The translations under genes and the position numbers were made by a program. The notes under the pieces were generated by a model, which did not search any database, was not told the DNA's origin, and was given only the letters and a program-made list of their open reading frames with translations. From the NCBI GenBank assembly GCA_963820435.1, contig CAWGAC010000018.1, positions 257,544 to 321,543 of the forward strand: a stretch of DNA of 64,000 nucleotides. Direction: 5' to 3'. Shown here one piece after another: positions 47,201 to 61,008 of this stretch. Source of the stretch: an uncultured Spirochaetota bacterium. Its GTDB lineage: Bacteria > Spirochaetota > Spirochaetia > SZUA-6 > Fen-1364. Position 1 is the stretch's first letter, and each line of letters starts with the position of its first letter.

Positions 47201-49048
47201 AGGGACTTCTCGAGCGCGCGGTTCATCCGCTTCACGAAACCGGCCGAGTCCTTGAGCTCGGCGCCTTCGACGAGCAAAGCCTGGTCGAGAAGCAGCCGGC
47301 TCGATGTCGTCGATCACCGCTTCGTCCGTCACAGCGGCGAGCTTGGTGACGATGGGATGGGAGGGGTTGAGCTCCAGGATCGGCTTCACGTCGGGAAGGT
47401 CCTTGTTGCCCATCAGCTTCAGGATCTGCTGCATCTGCATCGTCGGGTCATGCTCGTCCACGACGATGCAGGACGGCGAATCGGCGAGCCGTCGCGAGGC
47501 CCTCACGTCCTTCACCTGGTCTCCCAGGGCTTTCTTCACCCTGCCGATCAGCGGCGCGAGCGCATCCGCCTTCGCCTTGTCCTCGTCCGTCTTCAGGTCG
47601 TCCGCCGTGGCGGAGCGATTCACCGCCTTGAGCTCGACCTCCATGAACGTACCGATGGACGAGGCCACGATCTCGTCGATCTCGTCGTCCATCACGAGCA
47701 CCTCGAGCCCTCGGGCCTTGTAGGTCTCCAGAAGCGGCGAGTTCCGCAAACCCGCCTCGCGGCCGCCTGTAATATAGTAGATTGCTTTCTGGTCCGCCTT
47801 CATCCTGTCCCGGTATTCAGAAAGGCTCGTCCAGCCTTCCACCGCTGTGGATTTGTAGCGCAGGAGCTCCATGAGCTGGTCCTTGTGCTCGAAGTCCTGC
47901 AGGACACCCTCCTTCAGCACCCGGCCGAACTCGTTCCAGATCGTCGTGTAGAGCTTCACGTCCTTGGTGAGCTGCGCGAGCTCTTGCAGAATTTTGCGAA
48001 CGGAAGAGGAGCGGATGTTCTCCATGATCCTGTTCTTCTGCAGAATCTCGCGGCTTACGTTGAGCGGCAGGTCCTCCGAGTCGATGATCCCCCGCACAAA
48101 TCGCAGGTACACGGGCAGCAGCTCCTTCTCGCTCTCCGTGATGAACACGCGCTTGATGTACAGCTTCACGCCCGGCTGGTAATCGTAGCGGTACAGGTCG
48201 AAGGGGGCGTGCGAGGGAATGTAGAAGAGCGTGCTGTACGCCAGCGCGCCTTCCACCGAATGATGGATCCAATGCAGGGGGTCCTTGTCGTCATGGCTGA
48301 GGGTCTTGTAGAACTCCCTGTAGTCATCCTCCTTCAGCTCCGCCTTCGGCCGCCTCCACAACGCCAGGGCCGAGTTGACCTGGGCCACCTTGTCCACTTT
48401 CCCGCCGTGCGGCCCCTCTTCCTCGTAGTGCAGGTGGATGGGGAAGGCGATGTGGTTGGAATACTTGCGGATGATCCCCTCGATCCGCCATCGATCCGCG
48501 TACTCCCTCCCCGCCTCGTTCAGGTGGAGAACTACCGTGGTGCCTGCCATGTCGCGCGCGGCCCCGGCTATCTCGTATTCTCCCTTTCCGTCGCTCGTCC
48601 ACTTCCAGGCTTTTTCGTCCCCGATTTTCCGCGTGACGACCTCCACCGTATCCGCCACCATGAAGGAGGAATAGAAGCCCACGCCGAACTGGCCGATGAG
48701 GCTGGAGCCTTTCTTCGCGTCCGCGGCCATGGCCTGAAGAAACTCGCGGGTGCCCGAACGGGCGATGGTCCCCAGGTTCTGCTCCAGGTCCTTTTCATCC
48801 ATCCCGATGCCGGTGTCCGTCACGGTGAGCGTCTTCCTGTCCTTCGTGTCGAAGGAAATGTCGATGCGCGGCATGAACGGCACTCCCTTGTACTCCTCCT
48901 GCGTGAGGGTGAGGTACTTCAGCTTGTCCAGCGCGTCGGCGGCATTGGAGACGAGCTCCCGGAGGAATATCTCGTTGTGGGAATACAGCGAATGGATGAT
49001 AAGCGCGAGAAGCTGGTTGACTTCAGCCTGGAACTGGTGTTTGGACAT
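47197..49048 (-). CDS. htpG: molecular chaperone HtpG (Hsp90), frame broken once near 47302
   Basis: MSKHQFQAEVNQLLALIIHSLYSHNEIFLRELVSNAADALDKL..GQFGVGFYS... The C-terminus ..VIDDI|SRLLLDQALLVEGAELKDSAGFVKRMNRALEKSL-stop is recovered after removing one base. Confidence 0.95.
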
Positions 49049-49263
49049 GCCGGAAAAACTACCTTTAATTCGACCGGGGGTAAAGACCGGGCCGGCCGTA
49101 CGGGCCGACCCGGTCCCGCTCAACTCTCCGGGGACGCGGGGGAAGCCGCGGGAACGTTTCCGCCCATGCTGCCCGGCTCCGCCTGTGGCGCCCCCCCTTC
49201 TCCCGCCACGGCGTGCGTCGCCCCGCGCGTCTTCCGCAGTGCCAGCTCCGGGAGAAATCCGTT

Positions 49264-50208
49264 TCACTCCCCGGAGGGTCGTCCGTCGGATTTCGGCAGT
49301 TGATTCAGGTCGTACGGCGTTGCCTGGTAGACGCAGTAGTTGAGCCAGTTGGAATAGAGCAGGTGGGCGTGGGAACGCCAGGTCACCATCGGCTCCCGGG
49401 TCGGGTCGTCACCGGGGTAATAGTTCTTCGGGACCGCGATGGGAAGGCCCTTTGCCACGTCACGATCGTATTCCGCCTTGAGGGTGAGCCTGTCGTACTC
49501 GGGGTGACCGGTGACGAACACCATTCGCCCATCGTCCGAGGTCGCCATGTAGACTCCGGCTTCTTCGGAAACGGCAAGCAGCTTCAGGCTCTTCACCGCC
49601 TCGATGTCCGCTCTCCGCACCTCGGTATGCCGCGAATGCGGCGCCATGAACACTTCGTCGAAGCCCCGCAGGATCGGCTCGTGAGGGTCGAGGACCTTGT
49701 GCGCGAACAGGCCGAACACCTTGCAGGGGACCGCGTACTTGGGAACCCGGAAGTGATGATACAGCGCCGCCTGCGCCCCCCAGCAGATGTGGAGGGTCGA
49801 CCAGACGTTGGTGCGGCTCCAATCCATCAGCCGCACCAGCTCGGGCCAGTAGTCGACGTCCTGGAACGGCAGGCTTTCCACGGGGGCACCGGTGATGACC
49901 AGCCCGTCGAAGCGCTCATGCAGCACGTCGTCCAGGGACTCGTAGAACGCGTCGAGATGCTCGGACGGCGTGTTTTTTGACTCATGCGTGCCCATGCGGA
50001 TGAAGGTGATATCTACTTGCAGGGGGCTGTTGCCCAGGAGCCGGAGGATCTGGGTCTCTGTCACGATCTTCGTCGGCATCAGGTTCAGCACGGCGATGCG
50101 CAGCGGACGAATGTCCTGATGGACGGCCCGCTCCGTGGTCATGACGAAGATGTTCTCTTCACCAAGGATCTTGCGGGCGGGCAGGTCGTTGGGGATCCTT
50201 ACGGGCAT
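49264..50208 (-). CDS. metA: homoserine O-acyltransferase MetA (MetAA/MetAS type), intact
   Basis: [52 protein letters not shown].. Confidence 0.9.
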   Translation of the reverse strand: MPVRIPNDLPARKILGEENIFVMTTERAVHQDIRPLRIAVLNLMPTKIVTETQILRLLGNSPLQVDITFIRMGTHESKNTPSEHLDAFYESLDDVLHERFDGLVITGAPVESLPFQDVDYWPELVRLMDWSRTNVWSTLHICWGAQAALYHHFRVPKYAVPCKVFGLFAHKVLDPHEPILRGFDEVFMAPHSRHTEVRRADIEAVKSLKLLAVSEEAGVYMATSDDGRMVFVTGHPEYDRLTLKAEYDRDVAKGLPIAVPKNYYPGDDPTREPMVTWRSHAHLLYSNWLNYCVYQATPYDLNQLPKSDGRPSGE

Positions 50209-50223
50209 GCTCTTCCTCTGCTG

Positions 50224-50252
50224 ATAGTATCGATAAAAACCGTGTGTGTGAA
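50224..50252 (-). promoter_or_regulatory. possible promoter for metA (TTCACA-17 nt-TACTAT on the minus strand)
   Basis: The plus-strand hexamers are tgtgaa at 50247-50252 and atagta at 50224-50229. The leader would be very short, with SD gaggaag. Confidence 0.3.
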
Positions 50253-50278
50253 GTGTCGCAAGCTCGCGACCGCTGAAT

Positions 50279-50314
50279 CCGCGGAATGCACAGCGTACTG
50301 TGCGGTACGCGGCG
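50279..50314. repeat. REP-like hairpin element
   Basis: ccgcggaa-GCACAG-cgta-CTGTGC-ggtacgcgg has the same stem/xGTA-loop design as the elements at 26433 and 59561. Confidence 0.6.
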
Positions 50315-50316
50315 CT

Positions 50317-51407
50317 CTAGTGGAGCATCCGTTTCTTGTTGCGGATATAGTCCGCGAAAAGGAACTCCCCGAGCTTGTCGGCCGACGCGTAATACGCCCT
50401 CCCCTTGTTGAGGCGCGTCATCTCGTCCACGAAGTCCACCAGCTCGGGGTCCTGCGCGAGCATGAAGGTCGTGATGGTGATGCCGGCCCGCCGGCAGGCC
50501 GACGCGGCCTCCAGCGTCTGGGCAAGGATCTTCGGATCGAACCCGTAGGGGTTCTTGTACACCTCCCCGTTCTCCGTGATCGCCGTGGGCTTTCCGTCGG
50601 TCACCATGAAGATCTGGCGGTTGGTCTGCCGGGTGGACTCCAGGATGGTCTGCGCCATCTCGAGGCCGGCCCGCGTGTTGGTGTGGAAGGGACCCACTTG
50701 CAGGTAAGGAATGTCCTTGATGGCGATCTCCCGCGCCTCGTCGCCGAAGGCGCCGACCCGCAGCGTGTCCTTGGGGTAGCGCGTGAGGATGAGCTCCGTG
50801 AGCGCAAGCGCCACCTGCTTTGCGGGGGTGATGCGGTCCTCGCCGTAGAGGATCATGCTGTGGCTGATGTCGATGAGGAGCATCGTGGCGCAGGAGGAGA
50901 GGTGCTCGGTCTCGTAGACCTCGAGGTCCTCCTCCGCCAGCATGATCTCTTCCACTCCGGCCCGCTTCACCGCGTTGGAGATCGTGCCCAGCGCGTCGAT
51001 CTGGGTCACCGGGTCTCCGAAGCGCCAGGCGCGCGTCTCCGTGAGCCTCTCCTCGCCGTTTCCCGTGCTGGGGACCCGGTGCTGGCCGAAGCCGGATTTC
51101 TGCAGGCCGTTGAAGATCTGGTTCAGGGAATCCTTGCGGATGACCTGCTCGCCCTTGGCCGTGAGGCGTAGCCTCCCTCCTTGAGCTTCTCGATGATCCG
51201 CTGCTCCTCCAGCTGCCGTCGGAACTCCGCCAGGTCGATGTCTGGGTCCAGCGAGCCGCGCTCCTGCAGGTACTCCATCCACTTGAACACCTTGTCGACG
51301 TCCCCGCCGGCCATGAGCAGGAGGTAGTTGAACAGGCTCATGAGGTCCTGGAAGCTCTTCAGCAGATTCTGGAGCGTCTGGTCCCACTCGGAGTATTCCC
51401 AGCGCAT
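50317..51407 (-). CDS. VWA (von Willebrand A) domain protein, frame broken once near 51175
   Basis: The N-terminus is [25 protein letters not shown]|LRLTAKGEQ.. The MIDAS motif is LLIDISHSM and the VWA core is ..IFMVTDGKPTA.. Confidence 0.85.
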
Positions 51408-52996
51408 GCGCGCCGCCTTCCTAGTTGTCGCCGCTGGTCGGCCATGTGGTCGAACATGGCCTTCAGCATGTCGCGGTAGGCGGTCTTCACGCCCTCCTCC
51501 CGCTTGGAGACCATGGAGTGCTGGTGCAGCCCCTCCAGCACGAACTCCATGCCCAGGGCGAGCCCGTCCCCGTCCTTCAGGTCCAGGTGCTTGGCCGCGA
51601 TCTCCTTCAGCCCGGTCACCTTCTCCAGGCGCTTCACGTAGTCGTCATGGGGCAGCTCGTCCGATGTCTCCACGGTGTTGCCCTTGGAGAACCACGCGAG
51701 GATGGGCTGGAAGGGGGACGGCTCCTGCCGGCCCGCGGACTGCATCCTCCTACGTCCTCCCTTTCTTCTCTTCTTCTTCTTCGGAGTCGGGTCCGGGAAC
51801 CAGCGGTGGAAGGTCTCCTTCACCGCTTCCCCGATGATCTTGCGCGCCACGATGGCGGCGCCCTGCTGCTCGCCCTCGTAGACCAGCTCCACCTTGCCCG
51901 TGATGGCGGTGACGGCCGCGTGCAGGTCGCCGATCCGCGGGTAGACCTGCTTCTCCTCCTGCACGATGGCGCGCCGCTCCATGTTGCTCATCACGTTCTC
52001 CAGCAGGGAGATGCTCATGCGCGCGGAGACGCCCGAGGCCTGGTTCACGTACTCGCTGGCGCGCGCGGCGAACGCCACCTCCTCCACCAGCTCCCGGTAC
52101 CAGTCCGGCATCACCAGCTCGATGCCGCACTCCGCGCTTCGTCCACGCCTCCTGCGCCGTGATCCGCATGGCCGCCTCCCGGTCCTGGGGATAGTGGGTG
52201 ATGATCTGGGAGTCGATCCGGTCCTTCAGCGGCGTGATGATGTTGCCCCGGTTGGTGTAGTCCTCGGGGTTCGCCGAATAGACCATGAGGATGTCCAGCT
52301 GCATGCGGATGGGGAATCCGCGGATCTGGATGTCTTTTTCTTCCATTATATTCAGCAGGCCCACCTGGATCCGCGGCGGGAGGTCGGGCAGCTCGTTGAT
52401 GGCGAAGATGCCTCGGTTGGTCCGCGGGATGATCCCGAAATGGATGACCTCCTCGTCCGCGTAGGCCAGCTTGCGCGTGGCGGCCTTGATCGGGTCGATG
52501 TCGCCGATGAGGTCCGCGATGGTGACGTCCGGCGTGGCAAGCTTCTCCCGGTAGCGGGCCTCGCGGGGCAGCCACTCGATCGGGGTCGGCGTCCCCTAGA
52601 GTGGCAATCGCCTCCCTGCCCTTCCTGCTCACGGGCGCGAAGGGGTCGTCGTTTGTCTCGGTTCCCGCGATGACGGGCATCTGCTCGTCGAGGAACCGCA
52701 CGAGACCGCGCAGAATGCGGGTCTTGGCCTGGCCGCGGAGGCCCAGAAGGATGAAGTCGTGCTTCGAGAGGATCGCGTTGACCAGGCCGGGGATGACGGT
52801 GGTATCGTAGCCGATGATGCCCGGGAAACAGCTCCTCCCGGGAGCGGAGCATGCGCACGAGGTTGGCGCGCATCTCCTCCTTCACGGTCCGCCGCTCGTA
52901 GCCGGCCGATTTCAGCTCTCCAAGGGTTTTCGGAAAATTCAACCTCCCTCCAATCTTCACTGAAAAAGGTACTGAATTCCGGAGGGAATGGGGCAA
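51359..52996 (-). CDS. AAA+ ATPase of the Mg-chelatase ChlI/BchI-like family (often auto-annotated sigma-54-interacting), frame broken about 3 times; ends approximate
   Basis: [29 protein letters not shown]|[34 protein letters not shown]..|[51 protein letters not shown]..|[23 protein letters not shown]... The shifts are near 52820, 52590 and 52140. Confidence 0.8.
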
Positions 52997-53064
52997 GAAA
53001 GCCTCTGCCCTCCTCCCCTCGCGACGCCGCGTGAAATTCTGCTATACTGCGGCGATGCAGCGGA

Positions 53065-53978
53065 TTGCGATCTGCCAGCCTTCTCCTCTTCCTGCTGCCT
53101 CTGGGGTCCCTCTTCGCCGCGGACGGCGCGCGTGCCGCCGCCGGCAAAGAGGAGGGCTTCAACCTGTCGACGGCTCTGTTCGCCGAGCTTACCGACAACT
53201 TCGAGCATCCCTATGCAACGTTCGACCTCGCAATCGGGAGCCTGCACCTGCCCATCAAAGTCACCAAGCATTTCATCCTCATTGGGGTCGTCGGTCTCCT
53301 CGTGCTGGCCAGCATGTTCTACCTGGCGCGCAAGCTCCGGGATCCCTTCAAGAAGCCCACCCGCCTGCAGAGCCTTTTCGAGACGCTCATCAGTACATGC
53401 GCGACACGGTCTACCAGCCGGTCCTGGGGGCCGAAGGCAAGAGGTTCTACCTCCTGTGCTTCTCCTTCTTCCTGTTCATTCTCTACTCGAACCTCCTGGG
53501 CATGATTCCCCCATTCGCCCCTGTGCGGCCTGCCGGAGAAAGCGAGGCGGTCTGGCTCGGCGGCGCGGTGACGGGCAACCTCGCCACCACGGCCGGCCTG
53601 GGGATCATCACGTTCTTCGTGCTGAACATCGCGGGCATGCGGAGCAAGGGAATCATCGGGTACTGGAAGGACCTCGTGCCGCACGGCACGCCGGGATGGA
53701 TGGCCCCTTTCACGCTGCTCTTCGAGGTGGTCGGCATTTTCTCCAAGACAATCGCCCTCATCATGAGGCTCTTCGCCAACATGATCGGCGGACACGTGGC
53801 GATCCTCCTCATCCTCCTCCTCATATTGAAGTTCCAGTCTCTCGCAATCGGTCCGGTGGCCGTCCTCGTGGACCTTGCCATCTCTGCGCTGGAGTTGTTC
53901 GTCGCCGTGCTGCAGGCTTACATATTCTCTTTTCTCTCGGCCATGTTCATCGGTCTTGCCATAAGAAAACACGCATAG
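53065..53978 (+). CDS. atpB: F0F1 ATP synthase subunit a, frame broken once near 53390
   Basis: The TTG-start N-terminal part ends ..SLFETLI. It then continues QYMRDTVYQPVLG..LYSNLLGMIP..IALIMRLFANMIGGH..LQAYIFSFLSAMFIG in the frame of ORF 53031..53978. A 1-nt deletion in atc[c]ag explains the shift. Confidence 0.9.
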
Positions 53979-54033
53979 TGTCCAAGCGGTTCCCTGGGGT
54001 TCCGCGGAAAGACTTCTCGGAAGGAGTACGAAT

Positions 54034-54286
<253 letters not shown>

Positions 54287-54298
54287 GAGGGGACCGGT

Positions 54299-54825
54299 AT
54301 GGCTCTCCTCCGCGTAGATCCCGGCCTCGTCATCTGGCTGTGGATCACCTTCGGCATCATCCTCCTCATCCTGCGGCTCACCGTGTGGGGCAGGATCACC
54401 GGGGCGCTGGACAAGAGGTCGCAGAAGATCGCGACGGACCTGACGTCTGCCCGGCAGGCGGGAGAGAAGGCCGCCGCCGTGCTCGCCGAGTACGACCAGA
54501 AGATCCGCGAGGGAAAGGCCGAGGCCGCGCGCATCATCGAGGAGCGCGCGCACGGAAGCCTCGCGGCTGCGGGAGGAGCATCCTCCTCCAGTCGCACGCA
54601 GGAAGCCCGCGAGCAGATGGACAGGGCGGTGCAGGAGATCGAGAGGGCACGGGAGGATGCGGAGCGGGCGCTGCGCGGCCAGGTCGTCTCCCTCTCATTC
54701 TCCATCGCGGACGCCATCCTGAAACGGGAGACGGGCACATCGGACAACAGGGTGTTCGTCGAAGAGTTTGCCGACAAGCTGATTGCCGGCGCCCCGCCGG
54801 CCCCGGCAGCGGCTCCCGCAACTGA
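54299..54825 (+). CDS. atpF: F0F1 ATP synthase subunit b (3' end unresolved)
   Basis: [48 protein letters not shown].. is a typical b-subunit anchor plus helix. As assembled there is no in-frame stop before atpH. A TGA in another frame at 54823-54825, 12 nt before the atpH ATG, is the likely true stop. Confidence 0.75.
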
Positions 54826-54836
54826 GGAACGCGCGG

Positions 54837-55374
54837 ATGACCAGCGGCATTTCCCGCAACTACGCGCGCGCGCTGTTCGATCTGGCCGTGGAAACCGGCG
54901 ACCTCCTCGCCGTGGAAGCGGACCTCGACACGGCGCGCGACCTGCTGTATACGGCGAAGGACGTGCGCACGTTCCTGGGCAACAGGCTGATCAGCCGGAC
55001 GACAAAGAAGAACCTCTTCCGGCAGGCGTTCGAGGGGAAGGTGGACTCCCGGCTGATGATCCTCCTCTACCTGCTGGCCAACCGCGGCCGCACGGAGCTC
55101 CTCGGTGAGATCGCGGAGGAGTACGAGAGGCTTTCCCGGCTGGCGCGCGGGCGTGCGGAAGGTGAAGGTCTTCTCCGCCTTCCCCCTCGGGGCGGAGGAG
55201 AAGGCGCTCATCACACGCTCTCTGGAAAAGCGGTTGACGGCCAGCGTGGAGCTGCGGACGGAGATTCGCCCGTCGCTCATCGGCGGCGTCGTCGCGGAGA
55301 GCGAAGGTCAGGAGATCGAGTTCAGCATCGAGGGACAGCTCAAGGGCCTGGCCGACAGGCTCGAAGGAAAGTAA
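54837..55374 (+). CDS. atpH: F0F1 ATP synthase subunit delta (OSCP), frame broken once near 55150
   Basis: [34 protein letters not shown]|[46 protein letters not shown].. Confidence 0.85.
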
Positions 55375-55382
55375 GGGACATT

Positions 55383-56884
55383 ATGCGCATCAACCTCGAA
55401 GAGATATCGACGCGGATCAAGGAAGAGATCCGCAACTACTCCAAGAACCTGACGGTGGACGAGGTCGGGACCGTGGTGGAGCTCGGGGACGGCATCGCGC
55501 GCATCTACGGCATGCGCGGGGCCATGGCCATGGAGATGCTGGAGTTCGAAACGGGCGTCTACGGGCTCGCGCTGAACCTGGAAGAGGACAGCGTCGGCGC
55601 GGTCATCCTCGGCAACTACCTGGACCTGCACGAAGGCGGCAAGGTCAGGAGAACGGGCCGGGTCCTGGAAGTGCCGGTCGGACACGAGCTCGATCGGCCG
55701 GGTGGTCAACCCCCTGGGCATTCCCATCGACGACAAGGGCGAGTTGAAAGCCGTGCGGACCCGGCCGGTGGAGTTCAAGGCGCCCGGCATCCGCGACCGG
55801 CAGCCCGTGAAGGAGCCCCTGCAGACGGGGGTGAAGGCCATCGACGCGATGGTCCCCATCGGCAAAGGACAGCGCGAGCTTCTGATCGGGGACCGGGGCA
55901 CCGGCAAGGAATCCCTGGCCATGGACGCCATCATCAACCAGAAAGGCAGGGACGTGATCTGCGTCTACGTGGCCATGGGGCAGAAGGCTTCCATGGTGGC
56001 GGGCATCGTGGAGGCGCTGCGCGCGCGCGGCGCCATGGAGCACACCATCATCGTGGCCGCCACGGCCGCCGAGCCCGCGGCTCTGCAATACATCGCCCCC
56101 TACGCGGGATGCGCGATGGCCGAGTACTTCATGTACGAGGAGCACAAGGACACTCTCTGCGTGTACGACGATCTTTCGCGGCAGGCCAACGCGTACCGGC
56201 AGCTTTCCCTGCTCCTGCGCAGGCCGCCCGGGCGCGAGGCGTACCCCGGGGACGTTTTCTACCTTCATTCGCGCCTGCTGGAGCGCGCCGCGCGGCTTTC
56301 CAACGAGCTGGGCGGCGGCTCTCTCACTGCGCTCCCCCTGATCGAGACCCAGGAAGGTGAGGTCTCCGCGTACATCCCCACGAACGTGATCTCGATCACC
56401 GACGGCCAGATCTACCTGCGCACGGACCTGTACAACTCGGGCATCAGGCCCGCCATCGACGTCGGCCTGTCCGTGTCCCGCGTGGGCGGCAACGCGCAGA
56501 TCAAGGCGATGAAACAGGTTGCCGGCTCGCTGCGCATCGACCTGGCCGCCTATCGGGAGCTGGAGGCCTTTTCCCAGATGGGGACAGAGCTGGACAAGGC
56601 AACGCAGAACCAGCTCGCCCGCGGGGCGCGCATGGTGGAAGTGCTCAAGCAGCAGCAGTACAGCCCGATGCCCGTGGAAGAGCAGGTCATGATCCTGTAC
56701 GCCGCCACCCGCGGGTCACATGGACGACGTGCCGGTGATGCGCGTGCGGGAGTTCGAGACGAGGTTCCTCACCTGGCTGCGCGCTGAGAAGCCGGAAATA
56801 CTGGCGGGCATCAGGAACCTCGGGACGCTTTCGGAGCCCGAGGTGCTCACCGCGGCCATGGCGGCATTCAAGAAGACGTTCTAG
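55383..56884 (+). CDS. atpA: F0F1 ATP synthase subunit alpha, frame broken twice
   Basis: ..VPVGHEL|[25 protein letters not shown] (Walker A)..[27 protein letters not shown]..|[13 protein letters not shown]... The shifts are near 55690 (an extra g, not in a homopolymer) and 56715. Confidence 0.95.
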
Positions 56885-56887
56885 GCC

Positions 56888-59506
<2,619 letters not shown>

Positions 59507-59538
59507 AGCCCCGCAAGGCGGCAGCCGTTGGAGCGCCG

Positions 59539-59577
59539 AACAGCACGGTGTACCGAAACAGCACGGGGTACCGTGCC
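59539..59577. repeat. REP-like element (two aacagcacggNgtaccg half-sites; hairpin GCACGG-GGTA-CCGTGC)
   Basis: It lies directly after atpC. The core is identical to the hairpin at 26433-26446. Confidence 0.7.
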
Positions 59578-59721
59578 AGAGGCGCGAAACGGCGAGAGTC
59601 CCCCGGTTTTGTCGTCGAACGCGTGTTCGGTGACTCACTCAAACCCCCGCGACACCCCCGGAAGAGGCCGCGCACGCCGTGCGACACCGCGCAAGAATTT
59701 TTCCGCGCGTGCACGAAAGTC

Positions 59722-59750
59722 TTGACAAGTGCGCGTCGAAGCACTATGAT
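59722..59750 (+). promoter_or_regulatory. near-consensus sigma-70 promoter (TTGACA-17 nt-TATGAT)
   Basis: ttgaca at 59722-59727 and tatgat at 59745-59750. The micro-gene begins 44 nt downstream. Confidence 0.6.
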
Positions 59751-59793
59751 CTTACACGATTTTAATTCTATGAGATGAGAGGGAGGGGTTAAC

Positions 59794-59898
59794 GTGGCTG
59801 TAAAGAAGACAGCGAAGAAGAGCGCCAAGAAGAGCGCCAAGAAGTCGGCCAAGAAGCCGGCGAAGAAAGCCGCCAAGAAGACGGCCAGGAAGAGGTAG
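59794..59898 (+). CDS. 34-aa lysine/alanine-repeat basic protein (histone H1-like AKK repeats)
   Basis: A GTG start with SD gggagggg 7 nt upstream. The product is (M)AVKKTAKKSAKKSAKKSAKKPAKKAAKKTARKR. It is bracketed by a strong promoter and a terminator and is absent from the ORF track because of its size. Confidence 0.6.
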   Translation: MAVKKTAKKSAKKSAKKSAKKPAKKAAKKTARKR

Positions 59899-59916
59899 GG
59901 GAGAGACAATCTCCCG

Positions 59917-59961
59917 CGCGGGGGAGGAGAGCGGACAATCTCTTCCCCCGCGTTCTTTTTT
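59917..59961 (+). terminator. Rho-independent terminator
   Basis: Stem cgcggggga (59917-59925) pairs with tcccccgcg (59944-59952) and is followed by ttctttttt. Confidence 0.75.
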
Positions 59962-60070
59962 CTCGCCCACAGTATTCCCCTCAGGGGAGCGGGCGGTGAT
60001 CCGCGACTTCATCGTCTTAAAAACTGCACCGAACAAGAGAGACGTATCACGCGCGAGCTTGCGCGATTCT

Positions 60071-60944
60071 TCACCTTCCCAGCAGCTTCCGACATTCAAA
60101 GAGCACACGTTCTGCACTGATGCCGTCCATGCCCGCGCCGGATGAGTGAACGACGTGCACCGTGCGCCCGCGCGGCAGCCACACCCGTGGATCGCTTGCG
60201 CCGAACAGGACAACGGTCGGACATCCGCACGCGGCAGCAAGATGCGTCACTCCCGAGTCATTTCCGAGATACAGCCGGCAGCACGCAAGAGATCCGGCGA
60301 GCGGGTGGGGTGCTCAAATCACGCCATGTGCGCGCATCTGACGGCAAGACGATGTCCGACTCCGCGGGCCCTACGATCCAGGCGACACTCTCTCCCTCAG
60401 ACTCCAGGCATCGCGCCACCTCCGTGAATCTCGCGAGAGGCCAGTTCTTCTGGGAGCTCCCGCTGCCGGGATGTACGGCGACCGTGGTCCGCGCAGGGGG
60501 CCGAGCCGGGCCCGCGGAATCGACACGGGGCACCCGCTCTTCCTCGGTGAATGCGAGCTCGGGAAACAGCGAAAGGTGATAGTCGACGATGGGGGTCGGG
60601 CTGGAGGGAAAGGGGTCCTGGCGGAGGATCGAGCGCACGCCGGCAGCCTTCAGCCGTTCCACGAGGGGTGAGGTAGCATGAGCAAACAAGAGGGCAGAGG
60701 TAACGCGGGAGAGGCGCTCCACCAGCAGGGCCGGCGTGCCCGTTTCGGCTGAAAAGAGGGGCGCACAAAGGGTGGACTCGACATCCAGGACCTCGTCGAA
60801 CATGGACGTGGCGAGTGCCGCATATGCCGGCTTGCCCAGGAGAACAATCCGCTCCCCCTCGTGAAGCCTGCGCCACGCGGCCATTGCGGGCAGCGTGGTG
60901 ATGAAGTCCCCGAGGGCACCTGCATGGTAGACCAGGCTGGTCAT
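60071..60944 (-). CDS. glycosyltransferase family 9 (LPS heptosyltransferase-like), frame broken once near 60295
   Basis: MTSLVYHAGALGDFITTLPAM..VAVHPGSGSSQKNWP.. then in another frame ..CRLYLGNDSGVTHLAAACGCPTVVLFGASDP.. Confidence 0.8.
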
Positions 60945-61008
60945 GATTTTCGTACCGTAGCACAGGATGCGCGTTTCTGGTAATAAGAAGCAAAGAGGTG
61001 ATCTCCCC

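Noticed and set aside
45914-49267. 1117-aa ORF suggesting an HtpG fused to a large C-terminal extension and an N-terminal Arg/Gly-rich extension
   Set aside because: HtpG starts at the ATG at 49048 (MSKHQFQAEV). Its canonical C-terminus (..SRLLLDQALLVEGAELKDSAGFVKRMNRALEKSL-stop) is recovered in another frame. The downstream part is a separate gene starting at the TTG at 47200.
50209-50316. SAM riboswitch or T-box upstream of metA
   Set aside because: The 108-nt region is mostly occupied by a REP-like hairpin and a putative promoter. No SAM-I, SAM-II or T-box signature sequences were seen.
54783-56360. 525-aa ORF joining atpH to atpA, and the possibility of a b-delta fusion protein (atpF reads into atpH)
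   Set aside because: The joins run through out-of-frame, non-protein-like segments. atpA has its own ATG at 55383. A b-delta fusion with only one b gene would not give the b2-delta stoichiometry. An indel hiding the atpF stop at 54823-54825 is the simpler explanation, but it remains unresolved from sequence alone.
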